Shown here: positions 40,903 through 50,192 of the stretch, one piece after another
How the letters are laid out: each line of letters starts with the position of its first letter
Numbering within the stretch: position 1 is the first letter of the stretch
NCBI GenBank assembly: GCA_963662275.1
Contig: OY759316.1
Coordinates: 2,688,001-2,752,000 of the forward strand
DNA from: Candidatus Cloacimonadales bacterium
GTDB lineage: Bacteria > Cloacimonadota > Cloacimonadia > Cloacimonadales > DAONDQ01
Direction of reading: 5' to 3'
Length of the DNA stretch: 64,000 bases
Notes under the pieces: model-generated
Told to the model about the DNA's origin: nothing
What the model saw: the letters and a program-made list of their open reading frames with translations, nothing else
Databases searched by the model: none
Translations under genes and position numbers: made by a program

Positions 40903-41835
40903 ATGAATAAAAAAGTAATTGTCCTTTCTGGTGGAATATCTGAAGAGAGAGATGTTTCTCTCGTTTCCGGCAAGGAAATCGCCACTGGTCTGGTAAATCA
41001 AGGCTTCGAAGTGAAGATGATTGATCCTGCTGCGTATTCCAGTTATACTGAGATGCTAACTGACATTAAATCTCATCATCCCTACATCGTTTTCAATGGA
41101 TTGCATGGAGCATCAGGAGAAGACGGCAGAATCCAGGCATTACTAGAATTGGAGAACATACCTTTTACCGGTTCAGGATTCCATGCTTGTGCTCTTGCTA
41201 TGGATAAACTCAGTTCAAAGCTCCTGGCTAAGGAAGCTGGCGCCCCAGTGCCGGATTACAGATTATTATATGAGAAAGATAACGAATCAATCATGAAGAT
41301 CATCAAGGATTTGGAATTTCCTCTTGTTATCAAGCCGAATAGCTCAGGTTCGTCCTGTGGCGTATCCATTATTTTCGAAGCAGATCAACTGCTGCCGGCA
41401 GTCGATTTAGCGATGCAATTCGGAATTCCTATTCTTTGTGAAAAATACATCGCAGGTAGAGAACTCACAGTTACCATTTTAGATGATGAACCATTACCTG
41501 TGGTTGAGATCACACCTATCGATGGCTGGTATGATTATCACCATAAATATAAAAAAGGAAATTCCATTTACGAAGTGCCTGCCAAGCTAACTGATACTGA
41601 GATTACAACAATCCAGGGACTGGCTTTAGCTATACATCGTATCTTGGGATGCCATACCTATTCAAGAGTCGATTTCAGGTATGATAGTAATCAGTTTTAC
41701 TATCTCGAGAGTAACACTCTACCGGGAATGACCCCGCTCAGCCTGACTCCAAAGGCTGCAAAAGCAGCCGGAATCCAGTTTGAAGACTTACTGAACAGGA
41801 TCATTCGCATTTCCCTGCAACGAAAAACACAATAA
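40903..41835 (+). CDS. ddl: D-alanine--D-alanine ligase
   Basis: GGISEERDVS, LHGASGEDG, MDK, KPNSSGSS, YDYHHKY, ESNTLPGMT. Confidence 0.95.
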   Translation: MNKKVIVLSGGISEERDVSLVSGKEIATGLVNQGFEVKMIDPAAYSSYTEMLTDIKSHHPYIVFNGLHGASGEDGRIQALLELENIPFTGSGFHACALAMDKLSSKLLAKEAGAPVPDYRLLYEKDNESIMKIIKDLEFPLVIKPNSSGSSCGVSIIFEADQLLPAVDLAMQFGIPILCEKYIAGRELTVTILDDEPLPVVEITPIDGWYDYHHKYKKGNSIYEVPAKLTDTEITTIQGLALAIHRILGCHTYSRVDFRYDSNQFYYLESNTLPGMTPLSLTPKAAKAAGIQFEDLLNRIIRISLQRKTQ

Positions 41836-41851
41836 AATACATGGAGGAGTA

Positions 41852-42979
41852 ATGAAAAAACTGTTTCTGTTTTTTTTACTGGTCATCAGTTTCCCATTTT
41901 TATGGGCACTCGATGGAAACTCGATAACTTTGAGCTTAACTCAACATAATGGATTCTTCAATTACATGAATGCATCCAACTTTGATCCTGAGAATCCGAA
42001 TAATCAACCCCAGCTATTTATTGGGAAAGTTCAGAATAATACGAGTTCCCCTATTGATTACAAATTATATATGAAAATGACTTGGAATAGCTCAAGATTG
42101 TTTGAAACTTGGTTACCGGCTATAAATCCAATTAGTACGATACCTCTAACTATTCCAAATCAAACTTTATTGAATTCAGTTGGTTCAACTCTATTTGGTG
42201 AACCTTCACCAGCTTTAAGCCTTAGTGATATTTTAGATAGTAATCCGGATTTAAAGGATGCTATCCTACACACTGGACGTTTTCCAGATGGAATTTACCA
42301 TTTCTATGTCCAAGCTCAATCAACTAACTCTGGACCCAGCAATCAAACACCATATTCGAATCTTCTCGATATTAATTTTGAGATTCGAAATGCAAATGCG
42401 ATTTATTTACAGCGTCCTGGTGTACAATTAGGTGGTATGGTACCTTCCATTAGTAATCTACCCCTCACTTTTGCCTGGAATTCCAATCTTGCTGGTTTGC
42501 TGCAAGATGGTTTTGGTAAATTCACTCTCACGATCCGTGAATTCAATCAAGTGGAAGATCTTCAGTTGGATACTGTCGAAAATGGACAATTGTTTACGGT
42601 TATTCCAGATATCGATGGATCTATGTATTCGAATTATATCTCATTGCAGAATGGAAAATATTATGCTTGGCAGATATCTACACCCTTATCAAATCCGGAC
42701 ACTTCTAATCCATCCAGCGCACCTCTTTTAAAAAGCCCCTGGTATGTGTTCAAATTCGTGAATGAAGGCTCATCTCAAGGAAGTACTTCTGAAGATGAAT
42801 TGGTAATCATTCTGACAAATCTGAATAATTCCGGAATTAGTGGCTTATTAAATAATGGCTTCCAACCCACAGGAACAGTATGGATGGGCGAAAAGCTTTA
42901 TTCTGGCAGCAGTGCTTTACAGCAATTGCAAAGTATCTCAGGTAAAACGATTAAAAGTATCACCGTTAGTGATGAATAA
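41852..42979 (+). CDS. Hypothetical secreted protein (Ig/FN3-like beta domains)
   Basis: Signal peptide; FAWN..F.L.I, GKYYAWQI FN3-like pattern. Confidence 0.7.
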   Translation: MKKLFLFFLLVISFPFLWALDGNSITLSLTQHNGFFNYMNASNFDPENPNNQPQLFIGKVQNNTSSPIDYKLYMKMTWNSSRLFETWLPAINPISTIPLTIPNQTLLNSVGSTLFGEPSPALSLSDILDSNPDLKDAILHTGRFPDGIYHFYVQAQSTNSGPSNQTPYSNLLDINFEIRNANAIYLQRPGVQLGGMVPSISNLPLTFAWNSNLAGLLQDGFGKFTLTIREFNQVEDLQLDTVENGQLFTVIPDIDGSMYSNYISLQNGKYYAWQISTPLSNPDTSNPSSAPLLKSPWYVFKFVNEGSSQGSTSEDELVIILTNLNNSGISGLLNNGFQPTGTVWMGEKLYSGSSALQQLQSISGKTIKSITVSDE

Positions 42980-42990
42980 GGGAGATAATA

Positions 42991-43665
42991 ATGAAACATA
43001 GTTTAATTCTCATCATAGCAATGCTGTTATTGGCTACCTTCCTGTTTGCTGAAAATCCCATTGCTGTTATGGTCAACATGAAAGGGGATGTCATCCTTAC
43101 TCGTAATGCTAAAAAAATGCCTATCAAAGTTGGTGATATTCTCTACAATCAAGATAAAATCCAAAGCGGAAATGCTTCCTTTGCTGCGTTAAAGTATGTC
43201 GATAATGGAGCTTATCTGAAGATATTCCCAAACAGTATTGTCAGTATCAAGATCGATGCTCAAAAAGGAATTTCAGATAAAACAGCCAAAATTGAAAAGG
43301 GTACACTTTTTTCTTCCATAAATAGCAAAATTAAGGGAAATTATGCGGTGGAATCACCAACGACTGTTGCTTCCGTGAAAGGAACAAAATATATCTCAGA
43401 TCTGGCAAAAGACCGAACCTTCTACGTTTATACTACAGAAGGAACTGTTGAAGTAGAAAATCTTAAATCTCACTCGAAAATGAGTGTTTCTGAAGGAAAC
43501 AAACTGGAATCTAAAACGAACGGTTCAATGGTCGTCAGTAAATTCAAAGAATTACCTAATTCATGGAGTTCCATGCTAAGTGATACAGGAGAATCTCAAA
43601 AAGTGAAGATTGAACTCCAGAACTCATATGGTATCAAAAAGTATATCATAATCGAAACAGAATAA
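42991..43665 (+). CDS. FecR-domain secreted protein
   Basis: GDILYNQDKIQSG, VESPTTVASVKGT, YTTEGTVEV. Confidence 0.85.
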   Translation: MKHSLILIIAMLLLATFLFAENPIAVMVNMKGDVILTRNAKKMPIKVGDILYNQDKIQSGNASFAALKYVDNGAYLKIFPNSIVSIKIDAQKGISDKTAKIEKGTLFSSINSKIKGNYAVESPTTVASVKGTKYISDLAKDRTFYVYTTEGTVEVENLKSHSKMSVSEGNKLESKTNGSMVVSKFKELPNSWSSMLSDTGESQKVKIELQNSYGIKKYIIIETE

Positions 43666-43676
43666 GAGAGGTAAAC

Positions 43677-46085
43677 ATGAGTAAAATTGCAGTCTTAATA
43701 TTGATACTTCTTACTTCCCTAACGACAGTGTTTGCGATTGTCCAATTTGACCTCAAACCGCCCTTACCCTTAAAAAATGCTACCCAGGCAGTCTTGGAAC
43801 TAGAAATTAAACAGGGATTCGAAGAGATTCAAGAAGTCAATATATACTATCGTGAAATCAAAAAAGAGGCTTATATACAAGTACGTTTGGCTGATGCCTC
43901 TGCTGCGAATCCTATTTATAATGCATTATTGCCTGCATTATTACCAAACTCTGAAGGATATGAATATTACTTTGAAATTACTAGATTGGATGGTCAGGTT
44001 CAAACAGCTCCCGATTTAGCTCCCCAAAATAATCCCTATCGTCTGATACAGGAAATGACAGTACAGGGCGAATCGGACTTTGTAATTCTGACACCAACCA
44101 GTAATGTAGTCTACAATAATGAAGACTTTGTATTGGTCATATCCACATTTTCTATTGCTGATAAACTCGATAGTTTATCCATTAAAATCATGGCTAATGG
44201 AGTAGATGTAACATCTTCAGCTAATATCACTAGTAATCTCATTGTATATCGTCAGCCTAAACCAAAAATTGGCGATATCAACATTCAAGTCTCTGGAAAG
44301 ACGAAAGATGGTATTGATATTGCTATTCCACCCATGATCTATACGGTGAAAAAAAGTAATCTGCTTCTAAGTCTCCCTTTTAATCTCTGGGGAAATATCA
44401 GCTTTAATTCCAATGTCATATCCATATCAGCCCAAGACAGTTCAAGTGTCACAGGTTTCAGATCTAATGATGCTTCAACTGATTTTTACTTATACGGTGG
44501 GCAGGGGTGGTTCAAATTCAATACCAAAGCATTCTTTTCATCCCTTGAAAACAAGAGCCAACAGCCTGTCGATAGGTATTCATTGGGACTCTATGTTCCG
44601 AGTATGGATTTAATCTTGGGAGATAATACTCCTTACTTCAATTCATTAACCCTGAATAGCACCAATGTTCGAGGTATATATGCCAGGTTGTATTCGAAAG
44701 GATTTGAATTAATTGGCATGTATGGTCAATCAAAACGTTCAATCGATGGGAAAGAATATGTTAGTGCTTCTACCAAGGCAGGTACTTTTGCTCGAGATGC
44801 TTCAGCACTTAGGTTGCAATTCGGTTCCATGAATAGTTTTCAGTGGTCTCTCAACATTGCTAAAAGTCGTGATATTGTATCCTCTCTTCCTCCAAAGTAC
44901 TACCAAATCGTCAATGGCACTGGAGCTGACGCTGATACAACCCAGCTTGCCTATCCAACGGACAACCTTGTACTAGGAACCGACATGCGTCTGAGCTTGT
45001 TCCACCAGAATTTTATTTTTGGAATTGAAGGTGCTGGAAGTTTATACAACTCAAATATATTACCCGGACCAATATCCAGCGATGATATTGAAAAATACTT
45101 GGGAAGCAGCATTCCCTTAGGTATCAAGCCATCTGATTTTCAAGATATTTTTGTCTTGAATAAAAATATGGAGCCTTTTCTTCCAAGTATTGCCAATGTT
45201 GCCATGCAAGGTTATGCCCGTTTATTCTTCCTGAAAAACTATCTGAGTATTAATTACTCACAAGTTGGAGCAAGTTTCAATTCAGTAGCTGCGAATTATC
45301 TACAGAATGACACTCGCACCATCAATTTCTCCGATAATATCAATATTCGGAATATCGCTTTTCTTGATGGTGGTTTGAATATCATTTCAGATAATCTATC
45401 AGAACAGAAATCCAGTACAAGTACCTATAATACGATATATATCCAATCATTATTCCGTCTTAACCGTCTTCCCTATTTGCGGATTGGATATCGTACAAGT
45501 ACTGGGAAAAATAAGAAAAACACAGAAAATATCAGTTCAACATTCAATCCGATGGATACCGAAAATAATGTAATGGATATTGGTATGGGATATGATTTTA
45601 TCATGATGCCTGTAGCCCCCACAAAGTTAGACCTTACTTATAATTCAGGTACTGATGAAGATAAACTGAATTCTGCCTATGAACTGAATTCAAATAATGT
45701 CCTGGTAACCCTAACCAGTAAATTCCAAGAAATACCATTACTCACAAGAATTTCTTTCAATACTGCTTTACAGGATAGCAAGACTGAATTAACTACTGGT
45801 ACAGCAAATAAAATCAATACTTCCAATACCGATTTTGGGCTTCATGGAGAATATCAGCTCCTGGATGAAAAACTGACTCCCTTCGCAGATTTCAAAACTA
45901 CAGTGCTGGGTGGAGACCAAAATAAACAGGCATACCAGTTGATCAATCTTGGTGCCCGTTATTTTCCTTTAGAACAGACGACAATATCGACTAACCTTGG
46001 ATTTAAGAGTTACTCTAATAGTTCAAAGAATAATTGTGATTATAATTCTGTTTCCTGGAATCTAAGCTTAAGTCAACGTTTCTAA
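43677..46085 (+). CDS. Hypothetical outer-membrane beta-barrel protein with N-terminal Ig-like domains
   Basis: Signal peptide; alternating amphipathic strands; C-terminal WNLSLSQRF (BAM-type terminal Phe). Confidence 0.7.
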   Translation: MSKIAVLILILLTSLTTVFAIVQFDLKPPLPLKNATQAVLELEIKQGFEEIQEVNIYYREIKKEAYIQVRLADASAANPIYNALLPALLPNSEGYEYYFEITRLDGQVQTAPDLAPQNNPYRLIQEMTVQGESDFVILTPTSNVVYNNEDFVLVISTFSIADKLDSLSIKIMANGVDVTSSANITSNLIVYRQPKPKIGDINIQVSGKTKDGIDIAIPPMIYTVKKSNLLLSLPFNLWGNISFNSNVISISAQDSSSVTGFRSNDASTDFYLYGGQGWFKFNTKAFFSSLENKSQQPVDRYSLGLYVPSMDLILGDNTPYFNSLTLNSTNVRGIYARLYSKGFELIGMYGQSKRSIDGKEYVSASTKAGTFARDASALRLQFGSMNSFQWSLNIAKSRDIVSSLPPKYYQIVNGTGADADTTQLAYPTDNLVLGTDMRLSLFHQNFIFGIEGAGSLYNSNILPGPISSDDIEKYLGSSIPLGIKPSDFQDIFVLNKNMEPFLPSIANVAMQGYARLFFLKNYLSINYSQVGASFNSVAANYLQNDTRTINFSDNINIRNIAFLDGGLNIISDNLSEQKSSTSTYNTIYIQSLFRLNRLPYLRIGYRTSTGKNKKNTENISSTFNPMDTENNVMDIGMGYDFIMMPVAPTKLDLTYNSGTDEDKLNSAYELNSNNVLVTLTSKFQEIPLLTRISFNTALQDSKTELTTGTANKINTSNTDFGLHGEYQLLDEKLTPFADFKTTVLGGDQNKQAYQLINLGARYFPLEQTTISTNLGFKSYSNSSKNNCDYNSVSWNLSLSQRF

Positions 46086-46097
46086 TGTTTACAAACC

Positions 46098-46125
46098 AGG
46101 CAGCGATTGAATTCAATCGCTGCCT
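46098..46125. other. Perfect 28-bp palindrome between the barrel and cyclase genes
   Basis: AGGCAGCGATTGAATTCAATCGCTGCCT; weak U-tract, so terminator or mRNA-stabilising hairpin. Confidence 0.6.
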
Positions 46126-46143
46126 TATTGTATTGAGGTGAAA

Positions 46144-48012
46144 ATGAAAAAAATCGCTCCCTACATCTATTTCCCCTTGATTATCGTAATTTTACTGCAA
46201 CTGATAAGCTGGACTCAATTATTCCGGGATTTGGAAAGCAAAATTAGCGATCAGATGTTTAATCAAAGGGGTACACAACCAATCAGTGGTGACATTGTGA
46301 TTGTTGGTATTGATGACGAAACATTTTCCTCCCTCGATATGCAATGGCCTTTTCCACGCACATTCTATGCTCATATGATCGATAATCTGGAAAGTGCGGG
46401 AGTGAAGCAGATTATTTTTGATGTTGAATTCACGGAAACTGCTAAGAATCCAATGGAAGACAACATCCTTGCAGATACTGCTGCTAAATACAATAATGTG
46501 ATTTTTTGCGGTAAGCTGATTAAAGATAACATAAAACAAACAGAACAGCTTTTATCACCTGTCAAACCAATAACAGACAAGAAATTGAATTGGGGCATTG
46601 TTAATATCTATTCTGATCCGGATGGATTCATACGTAAATATACTTTATTTGAACCTTTTGGAGATGCGTATGAATATTCCATTGGGATTGCCTCACTTGC
46701 CAATGAAAGAGTATACCAGGATGACTGGAAAAAGTATCTCAATCGTACTTCTAGAAATCTTAAGATTGGGACATATTCGATACCTATTATTGAGAATAAT
46801 TTAGCTATCATCAATTACTATGGTCCTGCTGGTACTTTTAAAACCTATGCTATGTCCAGCATCCTGGATGATTCCACTTTCACTATGCCTATGCTGGATT
46901 TGAATGAATTTGATGACATCCGAAAATCAGGGGCGCTAAAGAATAAGACTGTTTTAATAGGTGCTTCTATCGACGAACTTCATGATAATTTCAATACACC
47001 ATTTTTTTTATCCTCTAAGGTCTTGACCCCAGGTGTTGAAATTCATGCCAGTTTCCTGGAGATGGTACACCATAAGAATTATCTGTATCCATTTTCTGAA
47101 ATCTATTTATTAATCATACTCTTCATACTGGCAGTACTGCTCTATGCTTTTTATAGTTTTATGAAACCCCAATTTGCCATTATCATCACCCTGATCCTGA
47201 TTGCATTGTATATTTATATCACATACTTCCTATTTGTTCACGACAATCTGATTTTACCTGTCATGCAATTTATTCTGATGAATTTAGCGACATTCATCGT
47301 AGGACTGGTGGGACATTATATCAGGACAAATCGGGAAAGAAAGTTCATCAAAGGTGCATTTTCAAGATATATGGCTCCTGAACTGGTACAAGAACTGTTA
47401 AAAAATCCCAAAAGTCTTCAATATGGTGGGAAACAACAGGAAATTACAGTATTGTTTTCCGATATCCGTTCTTTTACTACTTATGCAGAAAGCCATACTG
47501 CAGAAGAAACAGTTTCCATTCTCCATGAATATCTGACAGCTATGGTGGATATCATTATTCAAAATAAGGGAATCCTGGATAAATTCGTTGGTGATGAAGT
47601 TATGGCACTCTACGGAACACCTGTCCAATTGGAGAATGATGCCTTGTCTGCCTGTAAGACAGCCATTGCTATGTATTATAGCTTAAAGGACCTGCAGGAT
47701 AAATGGAAGAGTGAAGGCAAACAGATCTTCGAAATCGGTATTGGTATAAATACAGGCAACGTCATTGTCGGAAATCTTGGTTCTGATCAGATTTTCGATT
47801 ATACTGCCATCGGTGACAGTATCAATCTCGGTGCCAGGCTGGAAGGTTTAAATAAGGAATTTGACAACGAAAAACATATCATAATCAGTGAGTTCACATT
47901 GGAAAAAGTGAAAGACATGGTGGAAGTTAAATACTTGTCAGAAGTTAATGTGAAAGGCAAGATGAAAGCTGTTAAAATATATGCACTACTTGCAGTGAAA
48001 GATGGATTCTGA
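46144..48012 (+). CDS. CHASE2-domain class III adenylate/guanylate cyclase
   Basis: IVIVGIDD, WPFPR, DPDGFIR, PGVEIHA (CHASE2); 3 TM; LFSDIRSFT, DKFVGD, DYTAIGDSINLGARLE (Lys/Asp adenine specificity). Confidence 0.92.
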   Translation: MKKIAPYIYFPLIIVILLQLISWTQLFRDLESKISDQMFNQRGTQPISGDIVIVGIDDETFSSLDMQWPFPRTFYAHMIDNLESAGVKQIIFDVEFTETAKNPMEDNILADTAAKYNNVIFCGKLIKDNIKQTEQLLSPVKPITDKKLNWGIVNIYSDPDGFIRKYTLFEPFGDAYEYSIGIASLANERVYQDDWKKYLNRTSRNLKIGTYSIPIIENNLAIINYYGPAGTFKTYAMSSILDDSTFTMPMLDLNEFDDIRKSGALKNKTVLIGASIDELHDNFNTPFFLSSKVLTPGVEIHASFLEMVHHKNYLYPFSEIYLLIILFILAVLLYAFYSFMKPQFAIIITLILIALYIYITYFLFVHDNLILPVMQFILMNLATFIVGLVGHYIRTNRERKFIKGAFSRYMAPELVQELLKNPKSLQYGGKQQEITVLFSDIRSFTTYAESHTAEETVSILHEYLTAMVDIIIQNKGILDKFVGDEVMALYGTPVQLENDALSACKTAIAMYYSLKDLQDKWKSEGKQIFEIGIGINTGNVIVGNLGSDQIFDYTAIGDSINLGARLEGLNKEFDNEKHIIISEFTLEKVKDMVEVKYLSEVNVKGKMKAVKIYALLAVKDGF

Positions 48013-48596
48013 TGAAAAATTTGATACTAAATAGTCTGAAAGATGCAGAAAATAAGCTTCATGACTTAATTCAACATGATACTAATATTGATATCATGAT
48101 CCAAGTTTCTGATTGCTTAGTGAATACCTTCAAACAGGGAGGAAAAGTCATTATCTTTGGTAATGGAGGTTCAACTTGTGATGCTATGCACTTTGCTGAA
48201 GAATTCACAGGCAAGTTCAGAAAAGACCGTAAACCTCTTCCGGTGATTGCAATTGCCGATCCTTCCCATATCACATGCGTTGGAAATGATTATGGTTTTG
48301 AAGAGATATTCAGCCGCGGTGTTGAAGCATATGCCAAGCCTGGTGATTTGGTTATCGGCATATCCACAAGCGGTAATTCACTTAATGTGATTAAAGCGAT
48401 TGAAAAGGCGAAAGAATGTAAATGTTCCACCTTTGGTCTGTTAGGAAAAGATGGAGGGAAGCTTGTTTCCATGTGTGATTTCAATATCATTGTTCAGGGA
48501 GAAACTTCCGATCGCATCCAGGAAATTCATATGACAATTCTGCATATCATTATTGAGATGGTTGAACGAAAGCTTTTTCCTGATTTATACGAATAA
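48012..48596 (+). CDS. gmhA: Phosphoheptose isomerase
   Basis: GNGGS, NDYG, STSGNS, RIQEIH. Confidence 0.95.
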   Translation: MKNLILNSLKDAENKLHDLIQHDTNIDIMIQVSDCLVNTFKQGGKVIIFGNGGSTCDAMHFAEEFTGKFRKDRKPLPVIAIADPSHITCVGNDYGFEEIFSRGVEAYAKPGDLVIGISTSGNSLNVIKAIEKAKECKCSTFGLLGKDGGKLVSMCDFNIIVQGETSDRIQEIHMTILHIIIEMVERKLFPDLYE

Positions 48597-48624
48597 TTGA
48601 ATTTCGGAGTTTACAGGAAAGCTT

Positions 48625-48748
48625 AGAACCGGTTCATTGAGTGATTTCGACGAAGGAGAAATTGTATCGAAATGACCTAATGTGACCCTATAAGGTTGTG
48701 CAATGTCGTCTCCTCGATACAAATAGATAAATCTGTTTACTCGGAGAA
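48625..48748 (+). repeat. 124-bp dispersed module, copy 3
   Basis: Near-identical to 9769-9892. Confidence 0.9.
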
Positions 48749-48758
48749 CTCGAGGTTT

Positions 48759-48966
48759 TGGAGTTCAAATTTCCATTGAATCTACTAGGACTTCTCAAGT
48801 AATAGGAAATTCGGACTTCAAAATCGACATTTTCATCCCCGGCAGAAAAAACCAGTTTTCAGGGAAGTTCAAAACCGATTTGGACACACAGCTAACATTG
48901 GGGTTGAAGTCTAAATCACCTTTTAATTGAGAATATGTGATAGTTGGAATGGTGATTTAAACTCCA
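48759..48966. repeat. Two ~63-nt hairpin elements (48759-48820 plus strand; 48905-48966 minus strand) with linker module
   Basis: TGGAGTTCAAATTTCC-N30-GGAAATTCGGACTTCA; minus strand TGGAGTTTAAATCACC-N30-GGTGATTTAGACTTCA. Confidence 0.85.
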
Positions 48967-49065
48967 ACAATTAGCTAAACTGGGAATGGTCTACTATACA
49001 TAAATAATTGTCAATGGAAGTCCAACCCATATTGTATGTATTTAAGAAGCTATGCAGGAGTAATT

Positions 49066-49794
49066 ATGATTCATCTTGCCAAATTTAAGAACAGCGAAAA
49101 CAAAACATATCAAATCGTTGTTACTAAAAACGGACCCTATATTGTGTATGGCAATCTACCTCTTTCAAAGGATATCACCGTTTCATCCCGCCTTGGTGTT
49201 GCTGAAGAATGGAAAAAGGGAAGTTCAATTGCAACTCCCGAAGTATATTCTATCTGTCGTTGTGGAAATACAAAAAAAAATCCCTTTTGTGATGGGAGTC
49301 ATACTTCAACAAATTTCGATGGAACAGAGACAGAGATGCATAAACAATTTTTCAAAGATCCAAGCCTCACCCAAGGACCTGAACTTACCTTACATGATAG
49401 TCTTTATCTCTGCATCGGTGCAAGATTTTGTCATAAAGGTGGTGGAGTATGGAAGCTGACTCAACAATCTGATGATCAGGAGAAGAAGTCACTGGCAATT
49501 AAAGAAGCATGTAATTGTCCATCAGGTAGACTGATTGAATATGATAATTTAAATAACGAACCAATAGAACCTGACTTTGAACCTTCATTAGGAATCATTA
49601 TAGATCCTGCGACCAATACAACTGGTCCTTTGTGGGTAAAAGGCTATGTACCTATCCTATCTGCTGAAGGTACTGCTTATGAGATAAGAAACCGTGTTAC
49701 CTTATGCCGCTGCGGAAAATCAGACACGAAGCCATTCTGCGATGGAAAACATGTGAATATTCGGTTTCGAGACATTTCGGAATTTGAATCATAA
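49066..49794 (+). CDS. CDGSH iron-sulfur domain protein (two CDGSH + divergent 4Fe-4S monocluster domain)
   Basis: CRCGNTKKNPFCDGSH, CIGARFC..CPSG, CRCGKSDTKPFCDGKH. Confidence 0.9.
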   Translation: MIHLAKFKNSENKTYQIVVTKNGPYIVYGNLPLSKDITVSSRLGVAEEWKKGSSIATPEVYSICRCGNTKKNPFCDGSHTSTNFDGTETEMHKQFFKDPSLTQGPELTLHDSLYLCIGARFCHKGGGVWKLTQQSDDQEKKSLAIKEACNCPSGRLIEYDNLNNEPIEPDFEPSLGIIIDPATNTTGPLWVKGYVPILSAEGTAYEIRNRVTLCRCGKSDTKPFCDGKHVNIRFRDISEFES

Positions 49795-49798
49795 ATGA

Positions 49799-49824
49799 AA
49801 AACGCCATCTTGCGATGGCGTTTT
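49799..49824. terminator. Bidirectional terminator between the CDGSH gene and tRNA
   Basis: AAAACGCCATC-TTGC-GATGGCGTTTT. Confidence 0.8.
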
Positions 49825-49828
49825 ATTA

Positions 49829-49903
49829 TGGCTCCGAAAGAGGGATTCGAACCCCCGACCTAGTGGTTAACAGCCACCCGCTCTACCGCTGAGCTATTTC
49901 GGA
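49829..49903 (-). tRNA. tRNA-Asn (GTT)
   Basis: TCCGAAATAGCTCAGCGGTAGAGCGGGTGGCT-GTT-AACCACTAGGTCGGGGGTTCGAATCCCTCTTTCGGAGCCA; cloverleaf with encoded CCA. Confidence 0.97.
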
Positions 49904-50192
49904 ATATTCATTAGCAAACAGGTGTTCTTTTTAGGGAACGAGGGAATACTGTCAAATAAAATATTTACTTTAATCGGTATTTCTCTCTAATAACCTCAAT
50001 ACAATCTCTAAACAGAGATAAAATACTTATCTGACCTTCAAAAAATAAAATACAAACAGCATATATCCTCTACCTATAAAGCATCCTTTGGAAGTTTTTG
50101 GATCTTATTTCAATTCTTCATATTATTTAGTACAATCATTTTACATGAAAACGAACATCAAGTGACACTTCACAAAAACATCTTCTCTAAGC

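Noticed and set aside
49829..49903. tRNA-Asn as an integration site for an island
   Set aside because: No integrase or duplicated tRNA 3' end was seen in the window.
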